This document shows positions 63,983 to 64,000 of a stretch of 64,000 nt of DNA, one piece after another. The stretch lies in assembly GCA_040384865.1 (NCBI GenBank), contig JAZKIM010000004.1:75974-139973 (forward strand), written 5' to 3'. Every line of letters begins with the position of its first letter. Position 1 is the stretch's first letter. The translations under genes were made by a program, and so were the position numbers. This DNA is from Patescibacteria group bacterium (GTDB taxonomy: Bacteria; Patescibacteriota; Minisyncoccia; Phycocordibacterales; CAIZLB01). The notes below the pieces were generated by a model. That model saw nothing but the letters and a program-made list of their open reading frames with translations, was not told the origin of the DNA and did not search any database.

Positions 63983-64000
63983 TATATGAAAAACATCTTA

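Noticed and set aside
1-64000. CRISPR arrays, integrases, transposases, IS elements
   Set aside because: No regularly spaced direct repeats and no recombinase/transposase-like ORFs were seen in any frame. The putative island next to ssrA therefore lacks a recognisable mobility gene in this window.

Overview
This is a low-GC (~38-40%) bacterial contig with a reduced genome, no Shine-Dalgarno sequences, zinc-type S14 and no L30, which is consistent with a Candidate Phyla Radiation/Parcubacteria-like organism. All identifications are by eye from the translated ORFs and the DNA; nothing was searched or computed.

Content in order:
- **1-7.6 kb:** end of the S10 operon plus the spc operon (L16 C-terminus, L29, S17, L14, L24, L5, S14, S8, L6, L18, S5, L15, SecY, Adk, Map).
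- **7.7-10.5 kb:** a 935-aa Walker-type ATPase where the alpha operon would normally follow map.
- **10.5-27.2 kb:** ndk, a beta-CASP/MBL RNase, an O-methyltransferase, a 2-hydroxyacid dehydrogenase, infC-rpmI-rplT (minus strand), cardiolipin synthase, a ZIP transporter, two large secreted proteins (460 and 1109 aa), thrC and csp.
- **27.2-38.8 kb:** the most unusual part. GC-rich (~52-57%) genes alternate with AT-rich ones. The GC-rich set is a 278-aa unknown, a B12-binding radical-SAM-like protein, an EamA exporter and a GNAT-like protein. The AT-rich set is two pol-beta-type nucleotidyltransferases and a 1219-aa uncharacterised protein. The block ends exactly at the 3' end of a tmRNA.
- **38.8-39.7 kb:** ssrA (tmRNA, minus strand, not in the ORF track) directly followed by smpB.
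- **40.3-46.0 kb:** ftsH, then three minus-strand genes (two paralogous membrane-anchored secreted proteins flanking a 315-aa unknown), each preceded by a shared upstream element, next to a tRNA with anticodon UAU.
- **46-53 kb:** aroB-like, recG, an HhH-GPD glycosylase, a trpC-like gene with a P-loop kinase and a methyltransferase, and tRNA-Ser(GCU).
- **53-64 kb:** comF plus a complete type IV pilus/competence cluster (pilM, N, O, B, a REC-only regulator, pilT, pilC, pilin, pilD, two minor pilins).

The candidates for a previously undescribed system are the nucleotidyltransferase + giant-protein pair, the radical-SAM/exporter island, and the repeated cassette array at 42.3-45.9 kb.
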